A DNA stretch of 64,000 nucleotides, taken from a virus. Below, one piece after another: positions 45,030 through 54,380 of this stretch. Location of the stretch: positions 10,257 to 74,256 of the IMG/VR virus record IMGVR_UViG_3300020477_001932. One strand, given 5' to 3'. Every line of letters starts with the position of its first letter. Positions within the stretch are counted from its first letter, which is position 1. Under the pieces are notes generated by a model, which was given only the letters and a program-made list of their open reading frames with translations, did not search any database and was not told the DNA's origin. The translations under genes were made by a program, and so were the position numbers.

Positions 45030-46631
45030 ATGTCAGAAAAAGAATACGTTGTTATTGTTAAAGAAGGGGAAGATTTAAATGCACTTGATGCTGAAATGGC
45101 AGCTAGTTCTGGAAGTGGTGTTATACCAGATCGTGCTGTAGTATGTGCTGATCCACAAACACATGATACACGAATGACACATTGGAATCTTACAGATGCA
45201 GAAGCAGAAACACTAAAAGGTGATGGTAGAGTTTTAGCTGTTGAAAGACCAACTAAAGACAGAACAGATATTGAAATTGCACCTGTTGCTAGACAACCTG
45301 AAACATTTACCAAAGGGAATAATCCTGCTGGTGGTGTTAATTGGGGATTGTCTCGTTGTAATTATAGCATTGATAATTTCGACGGTAACGATTCAATATT
45401 TGATAACTACAAATACGCTATGACAGGTAAAGATGTTGATGTTGTTATCATGGATAGTGGTATTGAACTTGACCATCCAGAGTTTAAAGACGCTGCAGGA
45501 AATAATCGAATACAAGCAATAGATTGGTATGCAGCTTCTAATGGTGCTATGACAGGTACTCAGGGTGCTGATTGGTACACCGATACTAATGGTCATGGTA
45601 CTTTTTGTGCAAGTATTTCTTGTGGTAAGAAATATGGTTGGGCAAAGGATGCTAACATATATTCTATTCCAATTTATAATAATGCAGCTGCTGTTTCAGC
45701 TGAAACTGCTATGGACTTGGTAAGACATTGGCATAATAATAAGGGTACGAATAAACCAACTATTGTTAATATGAGTTTTGCTTATCTTTATACAATGGAC
45801 AATGCTGGAACACAAAATGGTGATAATGGTCAATGTTGGGATACATTTACTGGTCAAATGGATATATGGACTTTTGGTGATCCGGGTTATACTAATGCAA
45901 ATGAAATAGAAGATAATGTTGATCTTAATTCTTTTACAAAACCAGCATCAAGAGTTGCATCTGTTGATGCGAAACTTGACCAAATGATTGCAGCTGGTAT
46001 TCATATTTCTATTGCAGCTAATAATAATTATGAAGTTCAATATGAATATGAAGATAGCGCAAATGACAACTATAATGATTTTATGGTTCGACCTACTTTT
46101 GCTGGTGGAGCTCCATTGTATTACCATCGCGGCTCTAGTCCAAGAGGTACTATGAAGGGTGGAGCAGAAATGGTTGTTGGTAATATTGGTGTCGATTATA
46201 CTAATAATAAAGAAAGATTAAGAGCATCATCTGCAAATGGAGAGGCAGTAGATATATTTGCACCTGGCACTCAAATTACTGCGGGAGTTTCTAATGTCAA
46301 TAGTGGATTTTATGCAGACACAGCACATCCGGATGATGGAAGTTGGAAAATCGGTAATAGTTCTGGTACAAGTTTTGCTTGCCCTCAAGTTGTTGGTGTT
46401 GGTGCATTATATTTGCAAAACGAGCCAAACCTTACGCCGGATGAGTTGAAAGCAAAAATGTTGCATGATTCAAAAAAAGGTGTATTGTATGATGATCTTA
46501 ATTGGGATCAAAAAGATTTGGGTAAGTATGCAGATCATGTTACTACAAACAAAGGCTTGATGGGAGGGCCTAACAAAGTTCTTTATAATAGATTTACTGG
46601 TGATGTTTTTGTAGGATACTACGAAGCTTAA
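45030..46631 (+). CDS. Subtilisin-like S8 serine protease with prodomain
   Basis: Catalytic triad VIMDSG / NGHGT / GTSFACP; VNMS and DIFAPG motifs. Confidence 0.92.
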   Translation: MSEKEYVVIVKEGEDLNALDAEMAASSGSGVIPDRAVVCADPQTHDTRMTHWNLTDAEAETLKGDGRVLAVERPTKDRTDIEIAPVARQPETFTKGNNPAGGVNWGLSRCNYSIDNFDGNDSIFDNYKYAMTGKDVDVVIMDSGIELDHPEFKDAAGNNRIQAIDWYAASNGAMTGTQGADWYTDTNGHGTFCASISCGKKYGWAKDANIYSIPIYNNAAAVSAETAMDLVRHWHNNKGTNKPTIVNMSFAYLYTMDNAGTQNGDNGQCWDTFTGQMDIWTFGDPGYTNANEIEDNVDLNSFTKPASRVASVDAKLDQMIAAGIHISIAANNNYEVQYEYEDSANDNYNDFMVRPTFAGGAPLYYHRGSSPRGTMKGGAEMVVGNIGVDYTNNKERLRASSANGEAVDIFAPGTQITAGVSNVNSGFYADTAHPDDGSWKIGNSSGTSFACPQVVGVGALYLQNEPNLTPDELKAKMLHDSKKGVLYDDLNWDQKDLGKYADHVTTNKGLMGGPNKVLYNRFTGDVFVGYYEA

Positions 46632-46649
46632 TAATAGAAAGGGATAAAA

Positions 46650-46871
46650 ATGAAAAACATAATGTTAGGATTTTGTTTAATTGTTTTAATTGGTTGTGGA
46701 GCGACTAGTAATGCTTATAAAAGACCCGATGTAAGAATAGTGGGGGAAGCTCAAATGAAGAAACTTGAGAATGGCAATTACGAAGTTACCCCACGCTGGA
46801 TCAAAGATCGCTTTGATGCAGAGAACTCAATGTTAAAGCAATTAGAGGACTGTCGAGAAGGTGGAAGATAA
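46650..46871 (+). CDS. Small lipoprotein (o-spanin-like)
   Basis: LIGC lipobox; short. Confidence 0.55.
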   Translation: MKNIMLGFCLIVLIGCGATSNAYKRPDVRIVGEAQMKKLENGNYEVTPRWIKDRFDAENSMLKQLEDCREGGR

Positions 46872-47226
46872 CGAGAAACAAAGCAGAGAATCACAGACAC
46901 AGATACTTGAACTCCAAAAAGACATTGAACATTTAAATTATATACTGAAAGAACTTGATAAAGATAAAGAGTTTTTAAAAGAACACTTTACTTTAAAAAA
47001 TTCTCAACGTCTTGAAGATATTGCTAAACTTCATTCTAGGCTGGATAAGCATATTCAGACTGAATTGGAATATCATCAAAGCGTGAGAGATAAAGCTACA
47101 GTCGAACACGCAGCTATTCATAAAAGAATAAATCAGGCTGAGCGTTGGATATGGATTTTCTTTGGAGGCTTTACGGTCGTCGGTGCTTTGCTAGGCAAAG
47201 CTTCATTCACTAGCATTTTTAATTAA
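46861..47226 (+). CDS. Coiled-coil protein with C-terminal TM helix
   Basis: RINQAERWIWIFFGG pattern recalled from T4-like membrane-anchored proteins. Confidence 0.65.
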   Translation: MEDNEKQSRESQTQILELQKDIEHLNYILKELDKDKEFLKEHFTLKNSQRLEDIAKLHSRLDKHIQTELEYHQSVRDKATVEHAAIHKRINQAERWIWIFFGGFTVVGALLGKASFTSIFN

Positions 47227-47230
47227 GTAT

Positions 47231-47263
47231 TTCCTTGTTTATTAATTTTTTATATGTTATTAT
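47231..47263 (+). promoter_or_regulatory. Early promoter (leaderless) for the dehydrogenase-primase-thyX-nrdJ operon
   Basis: TTCC-TTGTTT-17bp(TGT)-TATTAT; 6 nt separate the -10 box from the ATG. Confidence 0.65.
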
Positions 47264-47269
47264 TGTTGT

Positions 47270-48379
47270 ATGAAAAATGAAAACATACATATTGGAATAG
47301 TTGGAGCTGGAATCATTGGCTCCACAATATATCAACTTTTGGTTAGTTGTGGAAAGAAGTACCAAGTTTCCATAGCAGATCAAAAGGAAAATAATGATCT
47401 CCTCATCAATGATGATAACTATCATAGGTTGACAATCACAAAACCAACTTATGATGGTAAATCTACGCAGTTTACTCAATTCGTGCGTAGTAAAGATGTT
47501 ATCATTAATGCACTCCCCTATCATCAAAATATCAATTTATTTAAAGCCTGTTTTGAATTGGGCGTTCCATATTTCGATTTATCAGAAGATGATGGTTTGG
47601 ACAAATTCATAGAAAGTCTAAATATCTTTGACTTGTCTTTTACTATGCCTCATTGTGGACTTGCACCTGGTTTATCTACTGTAATAGCAAATGACTTATT
47701 ACGCATAACATCTAATCCGAAAAATGTTAAAATTCGTGTTGGTGCATTATCTCAAAATGCAGCTAATAAATTAAGATATTATACTTCTTGGAGTGGTGAG
47801 GGTTTAGTTAATGAGTATATTGGTGATTGTCAAGTAATGGAAGATGGTGAATATAAAACAGTACCAGCTCTATCTGGATATGAAAAGATTACTTTAGATG
47901 GTAGAGAGTATGAGTGTTTTAATACGTCTGGTGGTTTGGGTACTTATGCTAAATCTTTAGATGATACAAACAAGTCTAATAGAATGTATAAATCATTAAG
48001 TGTAGATTATAAAACCATAAGAAGAAATGGCCATCATAATTACGTTGATTTTCTGTTTAATGATTTGCAATTATCACAACAGGAGCTAACTAGTATATTC
48101 AGAAATATTCCACAAACAAGAAAAGATGTTGTTTTACTTTATGCTTCATGTAGTAGTCCTGGCCATGATGATGAGCATACATATTTTAATATATTCAGAC
48201 CAAGACAAATTAATGGTAGATGGTTGACAGCTATTCAATATACAACAGCTATTGGTTTGGTTGCTATGGTTGAATTATTTTTAGATGGAAAATTGGGAGA
48301 AACAGGTTATCGAAAGCAAGAAGAAGTTTTATTGAGTGATGTTTATTCTACAACATATGGGAGTTATTATAGAGATTAG
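47270..48379 (+). CDS. Saccharopine dehydrogenase-family oxidoreductase (lysine 6-dehydrogenase-like)
   Basis: GAGIIG Rossmann motif; INALPY, YFDLSED, CGLAPG, RVGAL, WS.EGLVNEY and FNTSGGLGT motifs. Confidence 0.87.
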   Translation: MKNENIHIGIVGAGIIGSTIYQLLVSCGKKYQVSIADQKENNDLLINDDNYHRLTITKPTYDGKSTQFTQFVRSKDVIINALPYHQNINLFKACFELGVPYFDLSEDDGLDKFIESLNIFDLSFTMPHCGLAPGLSTVIANDLLRITSNPKNVKIRVGALSQNAANKLRYYTSWSGEGLVNEYIGDCQVMEDGEYKTVPALSGYEKITLDGREYECFNTSGGLGTYAKSLDDTNKSNRMYKSLSVDYKTIRRNGHHNYVDFLFNDLQLSQQELTSIFRNIPQTRKDVVLLYASCSSPGHDDEHTYFNIFRPRQINGRWLTAIQYTTAIGLVAMVELFLDGKLGETGYRKQEEVLLSDVYSTTYGSYYRD

Positions 48380-48390
48380 GAGTAATTATT

Positions 48391-49392
48391 GTGATGTGTA
48401 CCTATATTGACATAAAATATATAAATCAGTGCTCTAGTTTACTAGAAAAGTTTAAACAGAAAACAAGTAATTTATGGAATTTTCGTTGTCCAATATGCGG
48501 AGATTCACAAAAGAATAAGAATAAGGCTAGAGGCTTTATTTACGAAAAACAGAATAAGTATTTTTATCGTTGTCATAATTGTGAGTTTGGAACAAGTTTT
48601 AGTAAATTCCTAGAGAAGATTAATCCGTCTTTGCATAGGGAATATATAACCGATCAATATAAGGAGAAACGCCTTGTTAAGCAAGATACTGATATTTCTA
48701 AGTTTGATTTTGTTCCAAAGTTTAATGATGTCCTTCAAGGATTACAATCCATCACTTCTTTGGCAAAAGATCACCCGGCGAGACAATACCTCGCGAAGAG
48801 ACTGATACCAGAGAAGTTCTTTAGTAAGTTTTATTTTTGCACAGAATTTAAGAAGTGGACAAATAAAGTAATACCAAATAAATTTCCAACCCCAATTACA
48901 GGAGATACACCTAGATTAATCATACCATTCTTTGATAGAAAGAATAATTTAATCGGTTTTCAAGGCAGGTCTTTTGATCCAAAAGACGCCTGTAAGTATA
49001 TAACAATTAAACTGGAAGGAGTTGATGATTTAATATATGGCCAAGAAAGAATCAACGAAAGGAAACAAAAATATTGTGTAGAAGGCCCATTTGATAGTTT
49101 GTTTCTTCCAAATTGTATGGCAATGGCTGGTGTTAAGTTTAATGTGTTTGATTTGGAAACTATCATAGTGCTGGACAATGAAAAGCGAAATAAAGAGATT
49201 GTTCATTCAATAGAGAAGTTTATTACTAATGGTTACAAAGTTTGTATATGGCCGGATGATATGGAAGGTAAAGATATTAATGAAATGATACTTAATGGAA
49301 TGACAAGTGAAGAAATTTTAGATATTATAGATAGTAATGTATATTCTGGTTTGCAAGCAAGCTTTGCACTTTCTCGGTGGAGAAAATGTTAG
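48391..49392 (+). CDS. gp61: DNA primase gp61
   Basis: FRCPICGDS...CHNC Zn finger; FQGR, EGPFDS, DNE and KDINEM motifs. Confidence 0.96.
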   Translation: MMCTYIDIKYINQCSSLLEKFKQKTSNLWNFRCPICGDSQKNKNKARGFIYEKQNKYFYRCHNCEFGTSFSKFLEKINPSLHREYITDQYKEKRLVKQDTDISKFDFVPKFNDVLQGLQSITSLAKDHPARQYLAKRLIPEKFFSKFYFCTEFKKWTNKVIPNKFPTPITGDTPRLIIPFFDRKNNLIGFQGRSFDPKDACKYITIKLEGVDDLIYGQERINERKQKYCVEGPFDSLFLPNCMAMAGVKFNVFDLETIIVLDNEKRNKEIVHSIEKFITNGYKVCIWPDDMEGKDINEMILNGMTSEEILDIIDSNVYSGLQASFALSRWRKC

Positions 49393-49401
49393 GAGGCTTA
49401 A

Positions 49402-49587
49402 ATGCTAAACAACACACCCGTAGAAGATTATATGGAAGTAAAATGTTATTTGGAAGCAATGATTGACCATTATAAACATACAAGCAGTCCAGTTTTAGCA
49501 GAAAGAAGAAAAACATATAAAGATATAAAGATAGCAATATTTGGTGAGGATATAGATGATGGAGATACAAGAAAGAAAAGTACATGA
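49402..49587 (+). CDS. Hypothetical protein
   Basis: AGGAGG RBS. Confidence 0.55.
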   Translation: MLNNTPVEDYMEVKCYLEAMIDHYKHTSSPVLAERRKTYKDIKIAIFGEDIDDGDTRKKST

Positions 49588-50410
49588 ACATGGTTTTGTT
49601 AGATTAGTTGACATTATGGGTAGCGACGGAGATATTGCTGATGCTGCTCGGGTGAGTTATGGGAAGGGTACCCGAGCGGTGTCAGACAATAGAAATCTCA
49701 TTCGTTATTTGGTGAGACATAAACATACTAGTCCACTTGAGATGGCCTCAGTAAAGTTTCATTTGAAACTTCCGATATTTGTTATGAGGCAACTAGTGAG
49801 ACACCGCACAGCAAAATTAAACGAATACTCTGGTAGATATTCAGTTATGTCAGATGATTGTTATATACCAGAACAAGAGTATATTCAGCCCCAATCTATG
49901 TCAAACAAACAAGGTAGGGATGGGATACTTTCTGATGGATGGAAAGGTAAATATAGAGATATTATTACAGCCATCCAAGTCAAAGCAGAAATTGCTTATA
50001 AATTATTATTAGCAAATGAATCAGTAGAACATGGTGGTTTGACAAGAGAATTGGCGAGGACAGTTTTACCAGTATCTAATTATACAGAGTGTTACTGGAA
50101 GATTGACTTACATAACTTTTTTCATTTTTGTAAGTTGAGAATGGATAGTCATGCACAACAAGAAATACAGGATTATGCGATACCAATGTTTGAAATGGTA
50201 AAACCACATTTTCCGATTGCAACAAAAGCTTTTGAAGATTATAGTTTAGGAAGTGTAACATTAAGTAGAATGGAAAGAGATATTTTACAACACACTTTAA
50301 AATGCCATCCAGATGCCAAAACATTTTTGTTGAATTTAAAAAATTCTCAAGATGTAGAATTTGGAATGGGTAAACGTGAATGGACAGAATTAGAGGAGAA
50401 ATTCAAGTAA
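49556..50410 (+). CDS. thyX: Flavin-dependent thymidylate synthase
   Basis: AARVSY, HTSPLE, RHRTAKLNEYSGRY, RELAR and HAQQEI motifs. Confidence 0.97.
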   Translation: MMEIQERKVHEHGFVRLVDIMGSDGDIADAARVSYGKGTRAVSDNRNLIRYLVRHKHTSPLEMASVKFHLKLPIFVMRQLVRHRTAKLNEYSGRYSVMSDDCYIPEQEYIQPQSMSNKQGRDGILSDGWKGKYRDIITAIQVKAEIAYKLLLANESVEHGGLTRELARTVLPVSNYTECYWKIDLHNFFHFCKLRMDSHAQQEIQDYAIPMFEMVKPHFPIATKAFEDYSLGSVTLSRMERDILQHTLKCHPDAKTFLLNLKNSQDVEFGMGKREWTELEEKFK

Positions 50411-50411
50411 T

Positions 50412-52343
50412 ATGGATATATACCAGCAGTTTATACACAAAAGTAGATACGCCCGATGGTTAGAGACAGAGAATAGACGAGAGACTTGGGAAGAAACAGT
50501 TAAGAGATATTTTGATTTTTTTGAAAAACATTTAAAAGGAAAGAAAGGAATAAAAGAACAAAGAAAAGAATTAGAACAAGCAGTATTGAATATGGAAATC
50601 ATGCCGTCAATGAGATCCTTAATGACGGCTGGTGAAGCATTAGAAAGAGATAACGTAGCTGGATATAATTGTGCTTATCTCGCAGTTAATAAAACAAGAG
50701 CATTTGATGAATGTTTATTTATTCTCATGTGTGGAACTGGTGTTGGATTTTCAGTAGAACGTAGAGAAGTTGAGAAATTACCTGAAGTCCCTGATGAATT
50801 ATTTGACACGGATACAACTATTGTTGTGGCTGACTCAAAAATTGGTTGGGCTAAGGCCTATAAAGAATTAATACAGATGTTATATGCTGGACAGATTGCA
50901 AAATGGGATATGTCAAAGGTTAGAGCTGCTGGAGAACGATTAAAAACATTTGGTGGGCGTTCGTCTGGTCAAGAACCATTAGATAATCTTTTTCGTTTTA
51001 CAGTAGAGATTTTCCAGAGTGCGAAGGGTAGAAAATTATCTTCTATTGAATGCCATGATATAATGTGTAAGATTGCAGAGATTGTTGTGGTTGGTGGTGT
51101 TCGTAGATCAGCGTTAATTTCTTTGTCTAATCTTACAGATGAAAGAATGAGAAATGCTAAGACAGGCCAATGGTGGTTGGATAATACTCAACGTGCATTG
51201 TCTAATAATTCTGTTTGTTATACAGAGAAACCAGATGTTAATATATTCTTAAAAGAGTGGATGGCACTTATACAATCGAAGTCTGGTGAACGTGGTATCT
51301 TTAATCGACAAGCTGCAAAAAAACAAGTAGAGAAACTCGGAGATCGTAGAGACGCAGACCATAACTTTGGAACGAATCCATGTAGTGAAATTATATTAAG
51401 AGATAAAGAATTTTGTAATTTAACAGAGGTTGTAGTTAGACCATCTGATTGTCCCAAAGATTTAAAAGAAAAAGTAAGACTTGCAACTATACTTGGAACA
51501 TGGCAAGCAACATTAACTAATTTTCGTTACTTGTCAAAAGAGTGGAAAACAAATTGTGATGAAGAAGCATTATTGGGTGTATCATTAACTGGTATTATGG
51601 ATAATGAATTTACTAGTGGCTCTTATGATAAGAAAAAAGAAGTGCAAGCAGTAGTAGATCAGTTACCAGCATTGCTAACAATGTTAAAAGAGATATGTGT
51701 TGATACAAATAAAAAAGTTGCTAAACAACTTGGTATTAAACCATCTGCAGCTATTACTTGTGTTAAGCCATCTGGTACAGTTTCACAATTAGTTGATGCA
51801 GCTTCTGGTATTCATGCAAGACATTCTAAATATTATGTTAGAACAGTAAGAGGAGATAAGAAAGACCCTCTTTGTCAATTTTTAGTAGAGAAAGGGATAC
51901 CCCATGAGTCTGATGTTACAAAACCAGAACATACATGGGTATTTTCTTTTCCGATTAAAACAGCAGATAGTGCAATATGTAGAAATGACAGGTCTGCTAT
52001 ACAACAATTAGAGTTCTGGAAATTATATCAAGAAAGCTGGTGTGAACATAAGCCCTCTGTAACAATAACTGTCAAGGAAGATGAGTGGATTGAAGTGGGC
52101 GCATGGGTATATAAACATTTTGATATGATTTCTGGAATTTCATTTTTACCTTATTCAGACCATTCTTATAAACAAGCACCTTATCAGGAATGTGATGAAG
52201 AAGAATATAATGCTATGGTAGCAAAGATGCCAACTGATATTGACTGGAATGAGTTGTCTAAGTATGAGGTAGAAGATAATACAAGAGGTTCACAAGAATA
52301 TGCCTGTACGGGTGATAAATGTGAGGTTGTTGATATTAAATAG
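50412..52343 (+). CDS. nrdJ: Class II (adenosylcobalamin-dependent) ribonucleotide reductase
   Basis: MPSMR, YNC, GTGVGFS, VVGGVRRSA, TNPCSE and TCVKPSGT motifs; C-terminal C....C; no beta subunit gene adjacent. Confidence 0.92.
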   Translation: MDIYQQFIHKSRYARWLETENRRETWEETVKRYFDFFEKHLKGKKGIKEQRKELEQAVLNMEIMPSMRSLMTAGEALERDNVAGYNCAYLAVNKTRAFDECLFILMCGTGVGFSVERREVEKLPEVPDELFDTDTTIVVADSKIGWAKAYKELIQMLYAGQIAKWDMSKVRAAGERLKTFGGRSSGQEPLDNLFRFTVEIFQSAKGRKLSSIECHDIMCKIAEIVVVGGVRRSALISLSNLTDERMRNAKTGQWWLDNTQRALSNNSVCYTEKPDVNIFLKEWMALIQSKSGERGIFNRQAAKKQVEKLGDRRDADHNFGTNPCSEIILRDKEFCNLTEVVVRPSDCPKDLKEKVRLATILGTWQATLTNFRYLSKEWKTNCDEEALLGVSLTGIMDNEFTSGSYDKKKEVQAVVDQLPALLTMLKEICVDTNKKVAKQLGIKPSAAITCVKPSGTVSQLVDAASGIHARHSKYYVRTVRGDKKDPLCQFLVEKGIPHESDVTKPEHTWVFSFPIKTADSAICRNDRSAIQQLEFWKLYQESWCEHKPSVTITVKEDEWIEVGAWVYKHFDMISGISFLPYSDHSYKQAPYQECDEEEYNAMVAKMPTDIDWNELSKYEVEDNTRGSQEYACTGDKCEVVDIK

Positions 52344-52351
52344 GAGTTAGT

Positions 52352-52546
52352 ATGGAAGAAGAATATGAAGATGAGATTGTAAAAAGATTTGGATGTGCTG
52401 AGTGTGGACATTCGTTTGCTATGGAATGTGAATCACCTGATATGATTCCAAGATTTTGTCCATTTTGTGCAGCCCCTGTATATAACAGGGATGTTGATGA
52501 AGATGATGAATATGATCTTGAAGATGATTTAGGCTTTCATTTATGA
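52352..52546 (+). CDS. Small zinc-ribbon protein
   Basis: CAECG...FCPFC with acidic tail; follows RNR. Confidence 0.7.
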   Translation: MEEEYEDEIVKRFGCAECGHSFAMECESPDMIPRFCPFCAAPVYNRDVDEDDEYDLEDDLGFHL

Positions 52547-53079
52547 CAAGCAAATCCAAAACAAAGGGTAAGAGTTGGGAACGTGATGTTTGCAACTTTC
52601 TGTCAGAGCTGTACCATGATTCATTCATAAGAGTACCTAATAGTGGAGCTTATGTTGGTGGAAAGAATGAATATAGAAAAGATACTCTTTCAGAAGAACA
52701 AATCAAGCTGGCAAGAGGCGACATAATACCGCCTACCAAATATCCATACTTTTTAGCAGAGTGTAAGAATTATGCAGACTTTCCATTTCACTTATTGTTA
52801 GCAAAAACCACAATAGCACAACTTGATAATTGGATAGAGCAAGTCGAGCATGATGTTACAAGTGATAATGATTTATGGTTATTGTTTATAAAGATAACAC
52901 GAAAGGGTACATATGTTTTATTTGATAGAAATTTATATGATCCATATGTTCATAGCAACATATCAGCAAATTTACCATATGGTGCGAAGTACAAAAATTA
53001 TTGGTTTACTGAAATGAACCATTTTTTCAATTTACACAAAGACAAACTTGAAATGAGATGGAGGAGTAAGGAAGGTTAA
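52543..53079 (+). CDS. PD-(D/E)XK nuclease, Holliday-junction-resolvase-like
   Basis: SKTKGKSWER, RVPNSGA, GDI and ECKN motifs. Confidence 0.8.
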   Translation: MTSKSKTKGKSWERDVCNFLSELYHDSFIRVPNSGAYVGGKNEYRKDTLSEEQIKLARGDIIPPTKYPYFLAECKNYADFPFHLLLAKTTIAQLDNWIEQVEHDVTSDNDLWLLFIKITRKGTYVLFDRNLYDPYVHSNISANLPYGAKYKNYWFTEMNHFFNLHKDKLEMRWRSKEG

Positions 53080-53105
53080 TTATTAATAACAATGAAAGGA
53101 GTATT

Positions 53106-54377
53106 ATGAAAAAGATTGTATTATTTTTATTAATGTTTATATTACCAACTGGTGTATTTGCAGAGGATAAAATCAAAATAGGTGTTTTACATTCACTATC
53201 TGGAACAATGGCTATTAGTGAAACATCATTGAAAGATGTTGCATTGATGGCAATAGAAGAAATCAATGAAAGTGGTGGATTACTTGGAAAACAATTAGAG
53301 CCAGTTGTAGTTGACCCTGCCTCAGATTGGCCGTTGTTTGCAGAGAAGGCAAGAGAGTTAATCCAGAAACATAAAGTTGCAGTAACATTTGGTTGTTGGA
53401 CTTCTGTTTCAAGAAAATCCGTTCTTCCAGTATTTGAAGAACACAATGGATTATTGTTCTATCCAGTACAATACGAAGGTGAGGAAAGTTCTTACAATGT
53501 ATTCTATACTGGTGCAGCTCCAAATCAACAAGCAATTCCTGCTGTTGAATATTTAATGAGTGAAGATGGTGGTGGTGCAAAACGATTTGTTTTGTTGGGT
53601 ACAGATTATGTATATCCAAGAACCACTAATAAAATACTCAATTACTTCTTAAGGTCAAAGGGTGTTAATGCAAAAGATGTTTTAGAAGTATATACACCGT
53701 TTGGTCATAGTGATTATCAAACTATTGTTGCAGAAATTAAAAAGTTTTCAGCTGGTAAACCAACAGCAGTTATCTCTACTATCAATGGTGATTCTAATGT
53801 TCCTTTCTATAAAGAGCTTGGAAATCAGGGTATCAAGGCCGAGGATATTCCAGTAGTTGCTTTTTCAGTTGGTGAAGAAGAATTGCGTGGTATGGACACT
53901 AAACCATTGGTAGGCCACTTAGCTGCATGGAATTATTTTATGTCAGTTAAGACACCTGAGAATAAAGCATTTATTAAGAAGTGGAATGCTTATGTTAAGA
54001 AACATAACTTGCCAGGTGGCTCTAAACGTGTTACTAATGATCCAATGGAAGCAACTTATATTGGAATCAAGATGTGGGCACAAGCAGTAAAACAAGCTGG
54101 TACTACTAACATTGATGCGGTACGACAAGCTATTGGTGGTCAGTCTGTTAAATCACCCTCTGGTTTTCAAATTATAATGGATGCAAAAAACCATCACTTA
54201 CATAAACCAGTAGTGATTGGTGAAATTCAATCTGATGGACAGTTTGAAGTTGTATGGCAAACAGCAGGTCCTATTAGAGCTCAAGCATGGAGTCCGTTTA
54301 TACCAGAAAGTTCAAAGAAGATTGCAGATTGGACTTATCCTTGGCTTTGTGGAAATTGCACGAAAGCGAAGGAGTAA
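53106..54377 (+). CDS. urtA: Urea ABC transporter periplasmic binding protein
   Basis: Signal peptide; GVLHSLSGTMAISE, DPASDWPLFAEKA, GCWTSVSRKSVLP, YPVQYEG, GAAPNQQ and TINGDSN motifs. Confidence 0.95.
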   Translation: MKKIVLFLLMFILPTGVFAEDKIKIGVLHSLSGTMAISETSLKDVALMAIEEINESGGLLGKQLEPVVVDPASDWPLFAEKARELIQKHKVAVTFGCWTSVSRKSVLPVFEEHNGLLFYPVQYEGEESSYNVFYTGAAPNQQAIPAVEYLMSEDGGGAKRFVLLGTDYVYPRTTNKILNYFLRSKGVNAKDVLEVYTPFGHSDYQTIVAEIKKFSAGKPTAVISTINGDSNVPFYKELGNQGIKAEDIPVVAFSVGEEELRGMDTKPLVGHLAAWNYFMSVKTPENKAFIKKWNAYVKKHNLPGGSKRVTNDPMEATYIGIKMWAQAVKQAGTTNIDAVRQAIGGQSVKSPSGFQIIMDAKNHHLHKPVVIGEIQSDGQFEVVWQTAGPIRAQAWSPFIPESSKKIADWTYPWLCGNCTKAKE

Positions 54378-54380
54378 AAT

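Noticed and set aside
30833-52343. Introns, inteins or stop-codon recoding in gp43, gp41, uvsX or nrdJ
   Set aside because: All are uninterrupted and of normal length under the standard code.
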